From Bipalium vagum (Eukaryota), in contig JBBMKC010196163.1 in assembly GCA_037834085.1 (NCBI GenBank), forward strand, positions 1 to 50,930: a DNA stretch of 50,930 nucleotides, written 5' to 3'. The stretch's first letter is position 1; the number at the start of each line of letters is the position of its first letter. The notes below the pieces were generated by a model, which made no database searches, was not told the origin of the DNA, and saw only the letters and a list, made by a program, of their open reading frames with translations. The translations under genes and the position numbers were made by a program. This document shows positions 14,401 through 27,193 of this stretch, piece after piece.

Positions 14401-15417
14401 CTTACAGCATAACTTACTCTATAAGCTAAAGTATTATCTATTATCTTAATTATAATCTTTATAGAATTTGAAGTGTACAATTTTGATAGGATGATAAATC
14501 CTTCTTCATAACAAATTTATTTACAGATAAAGGTTTAACTTGCCTAAATTGGAACAAAAAAGTGCGGCAATATTAATTTTTGCTAATCTATTTGGTTTTT
14601 TGAATATACTTTTCTTATTTTGAAAGGATAACACGGCCTTAATCATGAAAAATGAATGATCATCTAAAACCCTTTCAAGCTCATAGCTAAGTTATGTATC
14701 AAAAGACAATAAGAGCTCGTTTCTTTTAAGTCAGGTCAAATTTAACGTAAGAAAGTCTTCTGGTGATAGTTTGATAGTCTATCTTGTCATCTTCATCTTT
14801 TGTCATTTTTCTTGAGGATAGTTTTTGTTACTTATATCTTCTCAAAATAATATATATGTATACGATGTTTATTTATATTCAGTTTTCAGTTTCATCACAA
14901 GTATGATTGACTTTTAATTATTATTTGGTCATTGCCATCAGCATCTTAAATGATACCAACTGCCATAGAAATTATAATTAAATAGTGAAGCTTGACTTTA
15001 TTGATCAAGGAAAATTTTATTGTTTAAATATCATATTTCGTATACAATGAATTTCAATGGTATTTTGTTAAAAGAAGAAATGTAGAAAGAATGTAATGTT
15101 GATTACAATAAATAATTAACCAGTCTATTCTGTGAATGTCGTCATAAAGTGAATATGTGGCTTACAAGAGATAACAACTATTCAATGGTTTTGATCATTT
15201 TATTTTTAAATGGCTTTGATCACTGGTCATGATTACAAACTATGACTTGGAAGTTTGAGGTTTAGGATCACAATTAAAAAGATATTTCTATAACTGAATT
15301 TCGAGGATTATTTATATTTCAAATATTAAGATGACTTTGAATTTTATTAAAATTAAAATGTTCAATTTTTTAACAAAAGAATACTTTATTAATTATATTT
15401 ATTATTATTATTTATTA

Positions 15418-15472
<55 letters not shown>

Positions 15473-17387
15473 AATTTATTGATCAATAAAATATTATTTT
15501 AGATTTTTTAAATTTTTTATTTATATTGAATGAATTGTTTTTTCAATACGCGATAATCAATAATTGTTTATAATTAATCCTTTAATTTTAAAACTTTTTC
15601 TTCATCATTTAACTCTAAATTTATAATTGTATGGCTTTCAAGGTGAGATTTTAAAAAAAAGTAATTTTTAAATCTTAAATTATTAATTATTAATTATTAA
15701 TTATTAAATAAGTTAAATTTTAAAAAATAAGATATAAATATAATCTTGTAATTTCCTGAGTGATTGTCAAATCTAAGAGTTAACTTTATGCATTATAAAA
15801 ATACCCAAAAATTGTACAAAATTTTATATTTTTTATCTTTTCAAACCGAATAATTTTTAAAATTACAAAATATTACAATATATATTATTCATTTCCTATT
15901 TATATTTATTATTAATTATTTATTTTTAAATTTTTTTTAAAATGAACTTGATAGCAGATAAATAATTTTTTTAATTTTCCTTCTAAATTGGATATATTTT
16001 TTACAAACTTTTACCAGTCACAGTTTATGAAATAAAAAATAGTCTTAAATTTATTTTTATTATTTTATATTATTATTTTTGTTTTATTCTAGCAAACTTT
16101 TTATACTATATAGAATATTATATATTAATTAGCATTTAATGTTTTCTTTAATTCTTCAAATGCAAAATATTATTAATTAATTAATTAATTATACTATATC
16201 TGAGAATAAATTTATTTAATCTCAGCGGATAATTGCTTATCAAACAAACCAACACGTGAATTTCATTAGGTAAAGGTTTCAAATATACTATTTCACAGTT
16301 AGGGAAACAATAATTGAATAATTTAAGTAATAATTAATAAATTAACTATAAAGAGTAAATTTCCATATAACATTTTTTTTTAAATAATTACCAAAATAAA
16401 TAAATAAAATAAAATAAATAATTATTTTCCGAAATATTTATTTTAGACATCTTCAAAACAAAACCAAGAATAAAATAATTAAAAATAAATAAATAAAATA
16501 TTGTTAAGCTCAGTGCAATTAGTGATGAATTAATTAGATGAAAAATATTGTTGATGGGCAAATTAAATTAGTACAGCATTATATGCCATTTCGATATGAT
16601 TTCCAACAGAAATTGTGGATATTTTGACTTAATTATTGAAATTTTGTTGATTAATAACGTATTTAATATATTAATTTCGTCCATTAAGATTTGTCCAGTT
16701 TCTAGTGGTCTTTTCGTGGAAATATGGAAAGACAATTATAAAACTTTTAATTAAATTAATTAAAATAAAAAAACTTTATTCCGACAAATTTCAACAAATT
16801 AAAATGATTAAATTTGTTGAATTTTATCCTTAGGTTATTACTACTATTATAATTATAATTATAATTATTATATAATATATACCATATATAATCATGACAA
16901 TAATCATGATAATAATAATTATAATTTTAATAATCTCAACAAGTATAATTAATATTAATTATATTATTGATATCAATATTATTATGATTATTATTACTAC
17001 TATACAAATTGCTATTGTATAATAAAATGGTTTTTATAATTTATAAATAAGTCATTTGATTTTTTTTGAAAAATATTAAAAAATAGTTATATATTAATAA
17101 AAAAATTTTATATATTTCCTCAGATTTTAAATGAAAAGTGTAATATTTAGAAAACTTTTTAAAGACAAATTTTGAATATTTCCCTTTAATAAAATAATAA
17201 ATAAAATAAAATAATAATAAATAAAAAATGACAATAATTATAATAAAAGTATATATATTACTCTAAATTAAATAGACAATTTTAATAAGAGTAGGATTTG
17301 AATTAGCTCACCTTTTTCATAGAACCCATCGACTACCATTGCCATGATTGTAAGGGTTGTCAGGAGAATATTCATCAGGAAATGCAT
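1980..17387 (-). CDS. Secreted multi-F5/8 type C (discoidin) domain protein, lactadherin/EDIL3-like invertebrate family; 3' end probably outside the window
   Basis: Exons 17387-17312 (signal peptide), 9402-9197, 4282-4160, 2311-2173 and 2120-1980 join in frame at GT-AG sites. The product includes CQTVGPLGMILGDIRDNQITASS, WCAKFKSFSEWLQIDLG, VSGVLTQGRGDGLEWVSTFMISYS, IFEGNVDSFSVKHNYLDEKIRARFIKFH, HPSLRVEILGC and then the start of a second domain (CKELLG..KITSS..AWCAK). The structure between 17312 and 9402 is uncertain. Confidence 0.85.
2955..3950 (+). mobile_element. Degenerate mariner (DD34D) relic, possibly two fused copies
   Basis: TA followed by a TTAGGTCGTTTCATAAGTTTTGTCG mariner-like TIR. 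There are two DEKW-like segments (~3430-3460 and ~3680-3745, the latter LDMIVSREEKLVAYDNPKLKRQ) and IILQHDNAIP at ~3901. Confidence 0.7.
4160..4282 (-). CDS. Discoidin gene internal exon (123 nt)
   Basis: Encodes VSGVLTQGRGDGLEWVSTFMISYSSDGTNFHYIKDNYGSQK, which contains the TQGR motif. It is flanked by TTTAG and GTACTT, is phase 0/0 and fits both neighbouring exons. Confidence 0.9.
4560..5400 (-). mobile_element. hATm-like transposase relic
   Basis: A CRHHVL motif (~5250-5270) is followed by RLYLFRS and FWIPPIAMEDAF, which resemble the conserved hATm blocks. Many stops. Confidence 0.4.
5408..5447. repeat. (TTA)n microsatellite
   Basis: Directly visible. Confidence 0.9.
7687..7827. other. 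Assembly gap (N run)
   Basis: N run, followed by a ~36-bp AT-rich tandem duplication at about 7828-7905. Confidence 1.
9197..9402 (-). CDS. Discoidin gene exon encoding the N-terminal half of the first FA58C domain
   Basis: PLGM..G.I.D.QITASS, WCA and EWLQIDLG motifs, with donor GTAAGC at 9196. Confidence 0.9.
10128..10571 (+). mobile_element. Short non-autonomous mariner derivative (MITE-like, ~445 bp)
   Basis: Imperfect TIRs, TTAGATCATTGAAAATGTTTTGCTTGTT versus the reverse complement TCAGACTGTTCAAAATGTTTTGCCTGTT (22/28 identical). The internal peptide WKEKCQRCVDEENGYI resembles a mariner C-terminus. Confidence 0.55.
11480..12172 (-). mobile_element. Internally deleted Tc1/mariner element (DUF4817/Tc3-like type) with TIRs and TA duplications
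   Basis: TA|CAGGGTGTCTCAAATGTCTCCGC at the left end and GCGGGGACTTTTGTGAAACCCTG|TA at the right. Encodes ETGSIEYRKRSGR joined to a WPPRSPDL-like segment and LWSHLKNKV...GSHFEQFL. Confidence 0.85.
12380..12733 (+). mobile_element. 3' fragment of a mariner element
   Basis: YELLHHPSYSPELVLNDFQLF (YSPDL motif), DGAYFDK* and a TIR-like end. Confidence 0.75.
15385..15470. repeat. (TTA)n microsatellite
   Basis: Directly visible. Confidence 0.9.
17312..17387 (-). CDS. Probable first coding exon (signal peptide) of the discoidin gene
   Basis: Encodes MHFLMNILLTTLTIMAMVVDG-FYEK, followed by a strong G|GTGAGC donor. Its phase 1 matches the acceptor at 9403. Confidence 0.65.
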
Positions 17388-17754
17388 ATTTTTATGAAAG
17401 AAATTTCAAATAATCAAAAATGAATTAAAATACCAACAATGCACATTTTGATGTGCAAAGATGCAAAATCACAGAAAATACACAAGGCTCTCAACCAATA
17501 AAAGCCAACTGTGCCAGATTCACATTTGGTTTTGGTGCTTGCAAACCTAGCTGGTGCTGAGTTTCTCTTTTTATCTTTTTATTCACACAAATTTGCTACT
17601 AAATTAGACTCTGTAAAAGAGTCTGATAATCAAAGTAGCGATTAGTGAAAGCAGAAATATTTCTTATAAATAGAAAAATGAAATGAATAAGTAATATAAG
17701 ATAAAATTGTTCACATTATTACGGAATATTATCACTCCTAAAATATTTAACAAT

Positions 17755-17886
17755 NNNNNNNNNNNNNNNNNNNNNNNNNNNNNNNNNNNNNNNNNNNNNN
17801 NNNNNNNNNNNNNNNNNNNNNNNNNNNNNNNNNNNNNNNNNNNNNNNNNNNNNNNNNNNNNNNNNNNNNNNNNNNNNNNNNNNNNN
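17755..17886. other. Assembly gap (N run)
   Basis: N run. Confidence 1.
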
Positions 17887-18339
17887 ATCAATTTTTTGAT
17901 TACTTGTTAATACTTGTTAAGAAAATATTTTTATAATTTTCATTTTAGAAAATTTACAAAAACCTTTTTATATCAAAATGATTTTACTTACATCTATTGA
18001 TTGTGAAATATTTTAAGAAATATAATTGAGGCATGTCCAATTATTTTTTATATTCCTTATAAAATTATATTATGAAATATGTTAATTTTTTAATTTGATA
18101 TCAATTCGTGACCATAATTATTATACTTATATCTTGTTGAACTGAACTTTACTTGTTAACATTAATTAATATAATAATTATGTTGGCATTAGCTAACATT
18201 ATTATTATCTTAACTAATGTTAAAAAGTAAAAATCAGTTCAGTAAAAGCTAAAATGTACGTCTAAATAATTAAATTCATTTTATTGAAAAGTACTCTACA
18301 ATGTCGTATCAAGACTAGTTTGAACAAAACATAAAAACA

Positions 18340-18835
18340 CTAAATTGATAAAAATGACAAAAGAAGTCTATAACATTTAATTAATATAGAACAAGCAATA
18401 AAACAGACAAGCAGGGTTTTCACAAAATTCAATTTGCGTATTTTTACATGCATCAATGATTCTTTATTTCCAATCTTGCAATGAAAGAATTGGTTTTGAA
18501 TAAGCTCTCTGCTTAATATGTCCCACAGGAAGAAATCCATGAGAGTAATGCCTAGTAACCCTACCGGATAATCAAAAGTTCGACTTCTGAAAATCAACTT
18601 TTCAAGAAGATTTTGCTATAGCCACTCTCTACCAATGTACAGGAGCGCCATCTTGAATAGAGTAATAAGAAACCTGAGCGTAATGGACTAAAAGCAGACC
18701 AAAAATAAAATGTCAACATATCCAAGTAATTTGTACCTGTTTCATTTTTGGAGAAGAAATAGAATCCAATCATGACACCAGCAAAATCAGAGACCAATGC
18801 CAAGATACCAGGTGAATTAACCGACATCTGCATTG
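18340..18835 (-). mobile_element. Tc1/mariner-superfamily transposase relic (DUF4817/Tc3-like type)
   Basis: GFYFFSKNETGTNYLDML, a QDGAPVH motif in a shifted frame, and ITLMDFFLW. Confidence 0.7.
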
Positions 18836-18954
18836 TCAAAAGGGGACTGTTTAATTATCAATAAACAAGGTTGGGCGCGATCTCTACCAGTCATTTACTT
18901 ATATACCCCTAATTATAAATCCACCAATCAATTTATTTTCTTGGAGAATGGATC

Positions 18955-19125
18955 AAAAACTAAACCAAAATTTCACATTGGAAATCACGTAAGAATTTAT
19001 AAATATAAAAATAAATTTGAAAAAGGTTAAGCAATAAAATGAACAGAGGAAATATTTATTATGAATAAAATTAATTATACAAATCCAAAGATTTATGGTT
19101 TTATAGATTTAAATGGTGAAAAATT
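18955..19125 (+). mobile_element. Polinton/Maverick integrase C-terminal fragment
   Basis: KPKFHIGNHVRIYKYKNKFEKG*AIK*TEEIFIMNKINYTNPKIYGFIDLNGEK matches the characteristic KF.VGD.VRI.K.K..F.KGY...WTEEIF.I...NP.Y.L.DL.GE block. Confidence 0.75.
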
Positions 19126-20749
19126 ATTATTTGAAAAAAATTATTTGATATTATTATTTTTTAAAACATTAATAAGTTTCAAAATTTAATTTAAAAATTA
19201 AATTAAAATTAAAAAATAAATAAATCAAAAAAAGATCAACAGATTTTAGATATCATTTTGTGTTAAAATAAAATTGAAAATATGAAACCACAAAAATTTT
19301 GACCGTTTTTAATCAATTGCACAAAAAAAATATAATTTTAATCTATTATTTGAAATATTTATGTATATAATCTGGATCAAAATTAAATTCACTATCTGCT
19401 GATATGATTTTCATTTTTATCCGATCATTATTTCTGGTCCATTTATTGACTTTATTGATTTTTAATAATATCTCAGAAAGTATATCGATAACATCTATTT
19501 TTATTTTATGATAATTATCAGCATACAATTTTCTATCTCACTGCACAAAAAATTCAACTTAGATTAGTGGTTTCAATAAGAATTTATTTTTACATGTGTT
19601 TCTTACAATTTTTGAAGCTTATAACTTTTTCCTATAAAAGATATTAAGTTGGAATTTTGTTGGTGTATAGATTTTAAGATGCTCTATCTAATGGAAGTAA
19701 CATGGATGTCATAAATATTTTAGTTTCGAATATATAACTGATATTTAAATTTCACAAGTAACTTAATTAAAAATATTAAGCTACATACAAAGATTTATCA
19801 AAAAAATTATATTCAATTTCATAAGGTTAAAATTATTTGGTGATATAATTATTCAAATTTTTAAATATTCGAACATTAATATCTCCTAGAATAAGATAGG
19901 TATAGCAAATATGTTGAACTTTATTATAAAAGCTTGATAGTGCTCTTTTGAATGAGATATGTTTTATTTTTTCAATATTTGTTCAATTAGAACAATAAAT
20001 TTTAAAATATAATATTTTTTATTTATTATTAATTTTAACAAAATTATTTTCTATAAAATAACTGAAATAACTGAAGAAAAATGAAAAATATAATAGCTGT
20101 AGGAAAATCAAGGTGCATGACTTTTAATGATAAAGACCTCTATTTAAATCAAAAAATAATTAATGAAATAGAAGAGGAAATTAAATTAGTAAGAGAAAAT
20201 TGAGATAAAAAAATAGATTTATGGTAAAATTTTTAAGGTAAACTCTAAAAATGGTAACATTAAATTACTAAATTTTAAAAATTTTAAAAATAAAATATTA
20301 TAAATACGTAAGCTTTTCTGAACCAGGACACAAAAATATAGCACAAATAAATCTTCTGAAAAGGGAATACGGCAAAAAGCGGAACTAACGAAGCCAGGAG
20401 AAAACAAACTGTATTAAAGGACAAGAAAAAGCGATCAAATTCGAAAGAATATCAAGTGGATTCTAATTAAGAAGAACAAATGAAAATTATCCCCAAATTT
20501 AAATAGTAAATTTATTGTTATTTTTGATTAGTTTATTAGATTTCATCAAAGATCTAAATAAACTATTATTATTAAATTAAATTAAAGATACAATAATTTT
20601 TGTTTTCACACTGCTTGCAAATGAACCGATAATCAAATAAATATTATTAATATAAAACAGAAAATTAAAGCTATAATTTGATTACAAATTATAAGTTATT
20701 AATTTTATTAAACTTTATAAATAAATACTAAAGGTTGGACAGCTACTTC

Positions 20750-21900
20750 GACACTTTAGGATTAAATAATTTATCTTTTTGACCTTTCCCCAGTATCAAG
20801 TAGGACGGAGAACTAAATTTTTATCTGAGGGCTCCTGAGAGTAAGATGCCGAAGGTTGTTCTGTCTTGTCTGAAATCATCATTCTTCTCCGGGTTCTACC
20901 TTAAACCTAATTTGTAATTAAAAATTCTATTGTAGATTTATTATTAATTTATCTTATAAAACATAATAGTTATCTTGGTTGATAATTTATTTAAGGTGTT
21001 TAATTTTTATTCAGTGTTTTATAATCGATTTATTTTTTAGTTAATTTTACATTGTCACTTTAAATATTAACATTTTTATCACTTTTAACGTTACGCGCAT
21101 ATAACTCCTTCTGATTAAAATAAACCTTGTTAAGTTTCCTAAAAGCTCAACATCGATATTTTTAACCAAACTTTTAAATTTACTTTTTAGCAAATTTAAC
21201 AGATTTATAGATAGCAACAGAAGTCTTGAAGATCTACAGAGATAATAAATATCTTTTGGTTACATGACATTAACAAAATATATAGTTTATTATAATTACA
21301 ATTCAAACTTCATATTTCTTATTTTAACACGAAGATCCGTATTCAGTTAAGAATTTGATCCCTAGTATAATAATCTGGCTTATGATAAGTACAGAGTTTC
21401 TAATCAGATTTCCTTTTATGCAGTTGACTCAACATTTGCAAGATCTGCAAAAGATAATTCAAGTCTCCTTTGAAATCAGCAAGGGGTTATAGTTGAAATA
21501 TTTAGTCCTTATACTCACTTCGCCTGTTTACTGAAACACCTTCCCATAACCTAATGTCTAAGCGAATATCAGGTGCGCTCTTATTCTAAACTGGTATATC
21601 CTGAAGATGGTTTAGTCATGAACACATAATTTAAAAGTTACCACTATCGGATTTCATGATCCCGACTTCAATAGCTAGCTTGGGGTCGTGAGTTCTGATG
21701 ATACATTTTTATGGTTATCGGATCGTGACTCTACATGTAGGTTCGGTAATAACCATATGTTTAATGACTCAACGAATAAGACAACACCATCTATCATTCA
21801 TTAAAAATTAGCAACTCTAATGATCAAGAAAACCGTCAATACTATTCCCATAATTTCAGGCAATCAATAATAAATTAGTCAACGTCTTCCAATCGGATCA
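20750..21900 (-). mobile_element. Highly degenerate LTR-retrotransposon protease relics
   Basis: VLLDTG (20806-20789) and IIILGIKFL (~21375-21348) are retropepsin-like motifs. Their order implies two separate fragments. Confidence 0.35.
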
Positions 21901-22238
21901 CATCTCATCTTTCAGACCTAAAAGGATTTCAAAATATCATAAAAGAATTACTATGAAGTTACATTGATTTTATTTAATTATATTTTTATTTATATTTCTG
22001 TGACTGTCTGTTAAATACCTTTAAATGTAAAATATGAAATTTATTTTCAGATAATAATTTTACAAAAGTATATTAGAATTTCAATTAGAAGATATTTCTA
22101 ATTATTTTATAATTGATAGCAATTAAATGAAAATTTGTTTAAACTATTAAAGTTACTACGAATTTGTACTCAATTTTAAATTTTAATTAATAATAAGTTA
22201 CATTTTTATTAATTTGAAATTACTTATTTGAAAATTAG

Positions 22239-25118
22239 ATGGAAACTTTTTTTAACAAATCTGATATATGCAACATACCTGATCATAATACTATAGTTTA
22301 TAAAGATGAATGCGCATATTGTTTCAACACATTGGAATCAAATGATGGACTTTTTATTTGTATGAAAACATTTGTCAGTGTATGTAAGAATCATTTGGAT
22401 TTGTTTTATTCAAAATCTTCAAAAGAATTATTTTTAAATCTGCGTATTGAAAAAAGATTTAAAACACCTAAAAGCGAACCACTGGGAGATGAGAGTGAAT
22501 ACAAGTCTTTATTAAAAAAAGCTTTTGCCGTAAACAAATTTGAAGTAAAGGAGTATCACCAATTATTTTTTATGCCAACTGGACAATACATTGCTCTGCC
22601 GTCACAGTTACCACCTCATGTTCAAAAATGTGTAGATAACATATTACTGGCTGATTGTATAGCTAAAGTGAATGAGAGAGCTCAAAAGTCAGAAAACTGG
22701 GAAGATAAATTGTGTCCAGAATCAAAACATGCCCGTAAACTAGTTCAATTAGATAATCAAGTTCGTGTTCCACCAGTTGGTTGGAAATGTGCCCAATGTG
22801 ACTTGACAACAAATTTGTGGCTCAATTTAACCGATGGAATGATTTTATGTGGTCGCAAGTTTTTCGACGGTTCGGGAGGGAATAATCACGCCATAGAGCA
22901 TTATAATTGCACCGGTTATCCTCTGGCTGTAAAATTGGGAACCATTACTCCAGATCGTGCTGATGTGTTCTCATATGACGAGGACAGTATGGTAATGGAT
23001 CCGTTATTGGGCGAACATTTGGCACATTTTGGTATTGATCTGATGAAGATGCACAAGACCGATAAAAGTGTTGAAGAAATTGAGATGGAGACCATCAAGA
23101 GAAATAAGGAGCAAATCGCCATTATGGAAAGCGAGAGTAATTTAGAACAGTTATACGGACCTGGGTTCACAGGCATAATGAACACGGGAAACTCTTGTTA
23201 CATCAATTCTGTTGTTCAAGTTGTATTTTCAATTCCATCATTCCGACAGTTTTACGCTGATCGATACTTGGAAATTATTCGCAATCATGACTTGAGTGTC
23301 GTCAATGATGTTCGAGAGTTTCGCGTCCAGTTCGGAAAATTGGGGTTCTACTTGAACACAGACGATTATTCCTATTTGATAAAGCCTATTGAAGAAAGAG
23401 ACGGTGAACTAATCACTCCTCTGCCTGGAGTTACTCCTCAACTTTTTCGAAATGTGATCGGTGAGAACCACAGCGATTTCTCGACTAAACAGCAGCAGGA
23501 CGCTTTTGAGTTTTTAATTCACCTAATGAATCTCGTTCAAAAAGACGTTATCAAGTTTCGGAACAAGGACGGAAACGATGCGAAAAACCCGTTGGAGACA
23601 ATTATGTTTAAGATCGAAGATCGAGTTTTCTGTGAGACTTCCCAAACTGTGAAATATCAATTTAGAGAAGAGTCCGTGCTATCATTGCCTATTGCTTTGG
23701 AGAACGCTATTAATATCGATCAGATATCGGCGAAAGAGGTTAAAACATCAAGTCCAAATCAAGAAGACAAAGTGAAGCCAACTGTCAGATTGGAGGTTGG
23801 TAATATTAATTAAAATATTGATAATATTAATATTAAATTATTTGTTTTTGTCATTTCTACAGTTATTAAAGGAATTTTTTGATAATTTTCAAATTTTTAC
23901 TTTACTACTAGTTTTGAGTGAATATTTGTGACTAAATATTAATTATTGTTTGTTCCGGTTTTCCATAATTAATCTAATACATTAACCAGAATAATTGCCT
24001 TCATTGTCAATCAGTTATTAAGAAATAATTGATTTTCTGTGAAAAAACAAATTTATTATTATCGATATTTCCTGTATTGACTGTAATTATAAAAATGGTT
24101 AATTTAAATAATCAATAAATTTTAATTATTTTTTAAATCAATATTCAATTGTTTTTAATATATCAATATTCAACAAATTTTCTTTTAGTCCTGTCTACAA
24201 AAGCTGATTCGTGATGATATAATTCTCGATTACGTAGTCAAGGGTAAGGCAGGGGTGGCTTTCCATTCGTCAAAAATGGAAACGTTTCCCGACTTTTTGT
24301 GGATTCATTTGAAAAGATTCACCGTCGGAGATGATTGGATGCCGAAAAAGCTTGATGTTGAAGTAATCGTTCCAGATCAGATCGATTTGTCGTTTATGAA
24401 AGCGACCGGCTTGCAACCGGGTGAAATTGAAATGAAAGACGATGACAGTGATGTGTCGTACATGAACCAAGCTGCTGTTCCAAAATCGGCTTCGTTCGTA
24501 CTCAACTCGGAATTTGTTGGCCAACTAATGAACATGGGGTTCCCAGAAAACGCGTGCAAAAAAGCGGTTTTCTTCACTGAAAATTCCTCTCTTGACGATG
24601 CAGCTAATTGGTTGATGATTCACATTGGAGAACCGGATTTCGATGATCCCCTACCCATGGAGCTACTGTCAAAGCCCGCTGCTCACACGGACTCTTCGAT
24701 GCCAGACGAAAGCGACATTTGCATGATGATCAACATGGGCTTCACCCGAAACCAGGCCGTGAAAGCTCTGCAGGAAACCAATAATCTGGAGCGTGCTGCT
24801 GATTGGGCGTTCAATCACATGAACGAGTTACAGAATCTGGAGGAAAACATGTCCTGTGGAGGTTTTGTTGCTGCTAGTGACACTTCCAACATGAGTAGCA
24901 CTAGCCAGAATAAGACCTTCAATTACTCAAACGGTGAGCCGAAATATTGCCTCGTTGCTTTCATCAGTCACATCGGGAACAATGCCCACGTCGGACATTA
25001 CGTGTGTCATGTCAAGCAAAGCGACGGGTCGTGGGCCTTGTTCAATGACGAGAAAGTGCAAAAAAGTGTTAATCCGCCCAAGCAATTTGCGTATTTGTAT
25101 TTGTACAGAAGGATTTGA
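22239..25118 (+). CDS. USP5: Ubiquitin carboxyl-terminal hydrolase 5/13 (isopeptidase T family), 2 exons, ~828 aa
   Basis: Exons 22239-23795 and 24189-25118, with a 393-nt phase-0 GT-AG intron. ZnF-UBP (CAQC..NLWLNLTDG.ILCGR..GGNNHAIEHY), Cys box GNSCYINS, QQDAFEF, two UBA domains (MGF) and His box GHYVCH..FNDEKV. Confidence 0.96.
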
Positions 25119-25959
25119 GACGGTTCCGCACGTGCGCTCCAATCAATGTTTGAATATTATTTTTAATTGATTATCGTGTTTCATTCAATTAAACGAATTT
25201 ACAAATTTTTCAAAAATATAAAGTGAATTTTTTATTTTTTAGGAAAAAAGGCTCGGTTTTTTTTACTGGTTTATCATCCCTTGTCGTAACTGTTGCTGCT
25301 TGTATCTCTGTTTGATCACTATTTTTTTGTGGATAGCTCTCAAAATTTTTCATTAATCTATTCCGATTTCATTTGTGTTTTTCAAGATCATTTTTAATAG
25401 CCTCTTATTTTCTTCCCTGTTGTGGTGCTTCGCTTTCAGATAAAATTTAATTACTCTAAATTTGTTTTATTCAGTGCTTTTGCTTGTGATGTTTATGACA
25501 GTTTTGGAATTATAGACAGATGCTTCCAAAATAAGAGAAGATGTAATATTTCATGTTTTTATTTACAGAGGAAATTCTTAGGAGAAAAAAATTTCATTTG
25601 AATGAAATAATAGAAAAAATTTATTATTAAATTATTTCTTAATCATAAAAGTGAAAATGAGTATCCTTAAAAATGGAAAATAGGCAAACATGGAAGCGAA
25701 CAAATATAATTGTTTTTTTATGGAAACTTGAGGAAAAATGTTAAGGCTCTTGAAATTTTTTAATTAAGATAAAATTAATTTTTACTTTATGTCGCCTGCT
25801 TTAAACAGATTAAATGTAAATGACTCAAAAAAATGATATGTGAAATGTACACGAATCACAAAAAAGTAACTGGATTAAAATTGATAACTCAAATCAAAAA
25901 TATTTTTTATGATAAATACAAAATTAATAACTTTAATTGAAGAATAAACCAATACTCTC

Positions 25960-27193
25960 AATTTAAAGTTACTCTCTGTAACTGTTCACCTCTATTAAAA
26001 TACTAAATCTTATTCAGCAATTGCATTTATGTACCTGGTATTGTTTGATATATATTGTATTGTTTGTATATATTGATACACATTATTGCCCACTATCCTT
26101 CCACCATAGTTAGAAAATTCGATGTTTTCGACAAATTTTCTACTGTATATTGTTTCATCGATTGAAAAATACATTGCCGTTTCCCTACAACCTTGCTGTC
26201 TCCTTACATTTGCCCACTGTCAAATTTTTCTCAAATATATGTAGGAATCTTCGGTACGGTATCCATTCCTGTCACATCTCGTTCATCTAATCCTGTTACA
26301 ACTTACTTCTCAGATGCTGATCTGTTCCACACATGTACCACGAATTACTCTTCTCCGGGCAACTTCAACTAATACTAAGTATAAGCACATCAAGTCACCT
26401 GTGCCTCTCTGAGGATTTAAAATTTAAGGTCTTGGTCGTTCAATGCCAGTGTTTTTAATTGCTGGTCTTTTCACAACATCATTTTATCCTGTGATCTGTC
26501 TTGTTCAGATCATTCTTCAATTCATCATTTACTTAATAATTTTATTTATGCTGACCAGGGGTTTCCCTGGTACAGCTTTTAATTAGATTGTGTTTGAAGG
26601 ACTGCCTGAGTAGTTTTTTGTTTTTCTTAAGTGACTGCCTGAAGCAGCCCGTTGTTTTGTATGACTGTATGTTACAGTTTGATCGTTGTAAATAAAAAGA
26701 GTTTCACCCTCATTTTATTTTTTAAATTTTTAGAATGTTTGCTTTTGTGTCTTGTTAGAGGATGAGATAGAGAGCTCTTTAGGTAAGCCCACAGCAACCT
26801 CAGTGTGGGTCAGGTGAGCTGAGGAAGAGTTGCGCCAGAAAAGATTTTATTCACTAATCCCTCAATCTTCTTGTACAAATAGACATGCTCATCTGTCCTT
26901 TTATACTTCATTGCTTCTTCTAAGTCTTGTATCAAAGCATTTTGTCTGAGAAATGCCTTTCTTAGACGATCTTCGTAGTCTAGTGATTCATAGGCTTCCT
27001 TTAACTCACGACCAAATAGGCTTACCAATAACAGGCATTTTTTCTTTAAACCAATACACAAAAAATATTTGATGCAGCCTTTGATAATTTTTATGTTAAG
27101 AACTTTCCTGAAAATTCCAGGATCCATAAGACCCATTGGTGAGTTGATCGCCATGTTAGTTATTGTCACGTCATCTGCACTTTCGGAATTCAT
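25960..27193 (-). mobile_element. Degenerate LTR-retrotransposon gag relic
   Basis: A 127-aa gag-like ORF is followed by decayed CCHC knuckles, for example WYMCGTDQHLRSK at ~26340-26300. Confidence 0.5.

Noticed and set aside
7678-17910. ORFs containing X runs (7678-7959, 17664-17891, 17707-17910)
   Set aside because: They are artefacts of reading through N gaps.
21655-21690. CATGATCCCGA...TTGGGGTCGTG hairpin as an ncRNA
   Set aside because: The stem is short, depends on G-U pairs, lies inside a decayed retroelement region and has no other support.
23796-24254. USP5 as two genes or a broken pseudogene (two ORFs in the track)
   Set aside because: A canonical 393-nt phase-0 intron joins the two ORFs into one complete protein.
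22916-25170. Antisense or shifted ORFs overlapping USP5 (likewise 1991-2320, 47887-48225 and 49164-49406)
   Set aside because: These are shadow frames of real exons, where higher GC lowers the stop frequency.
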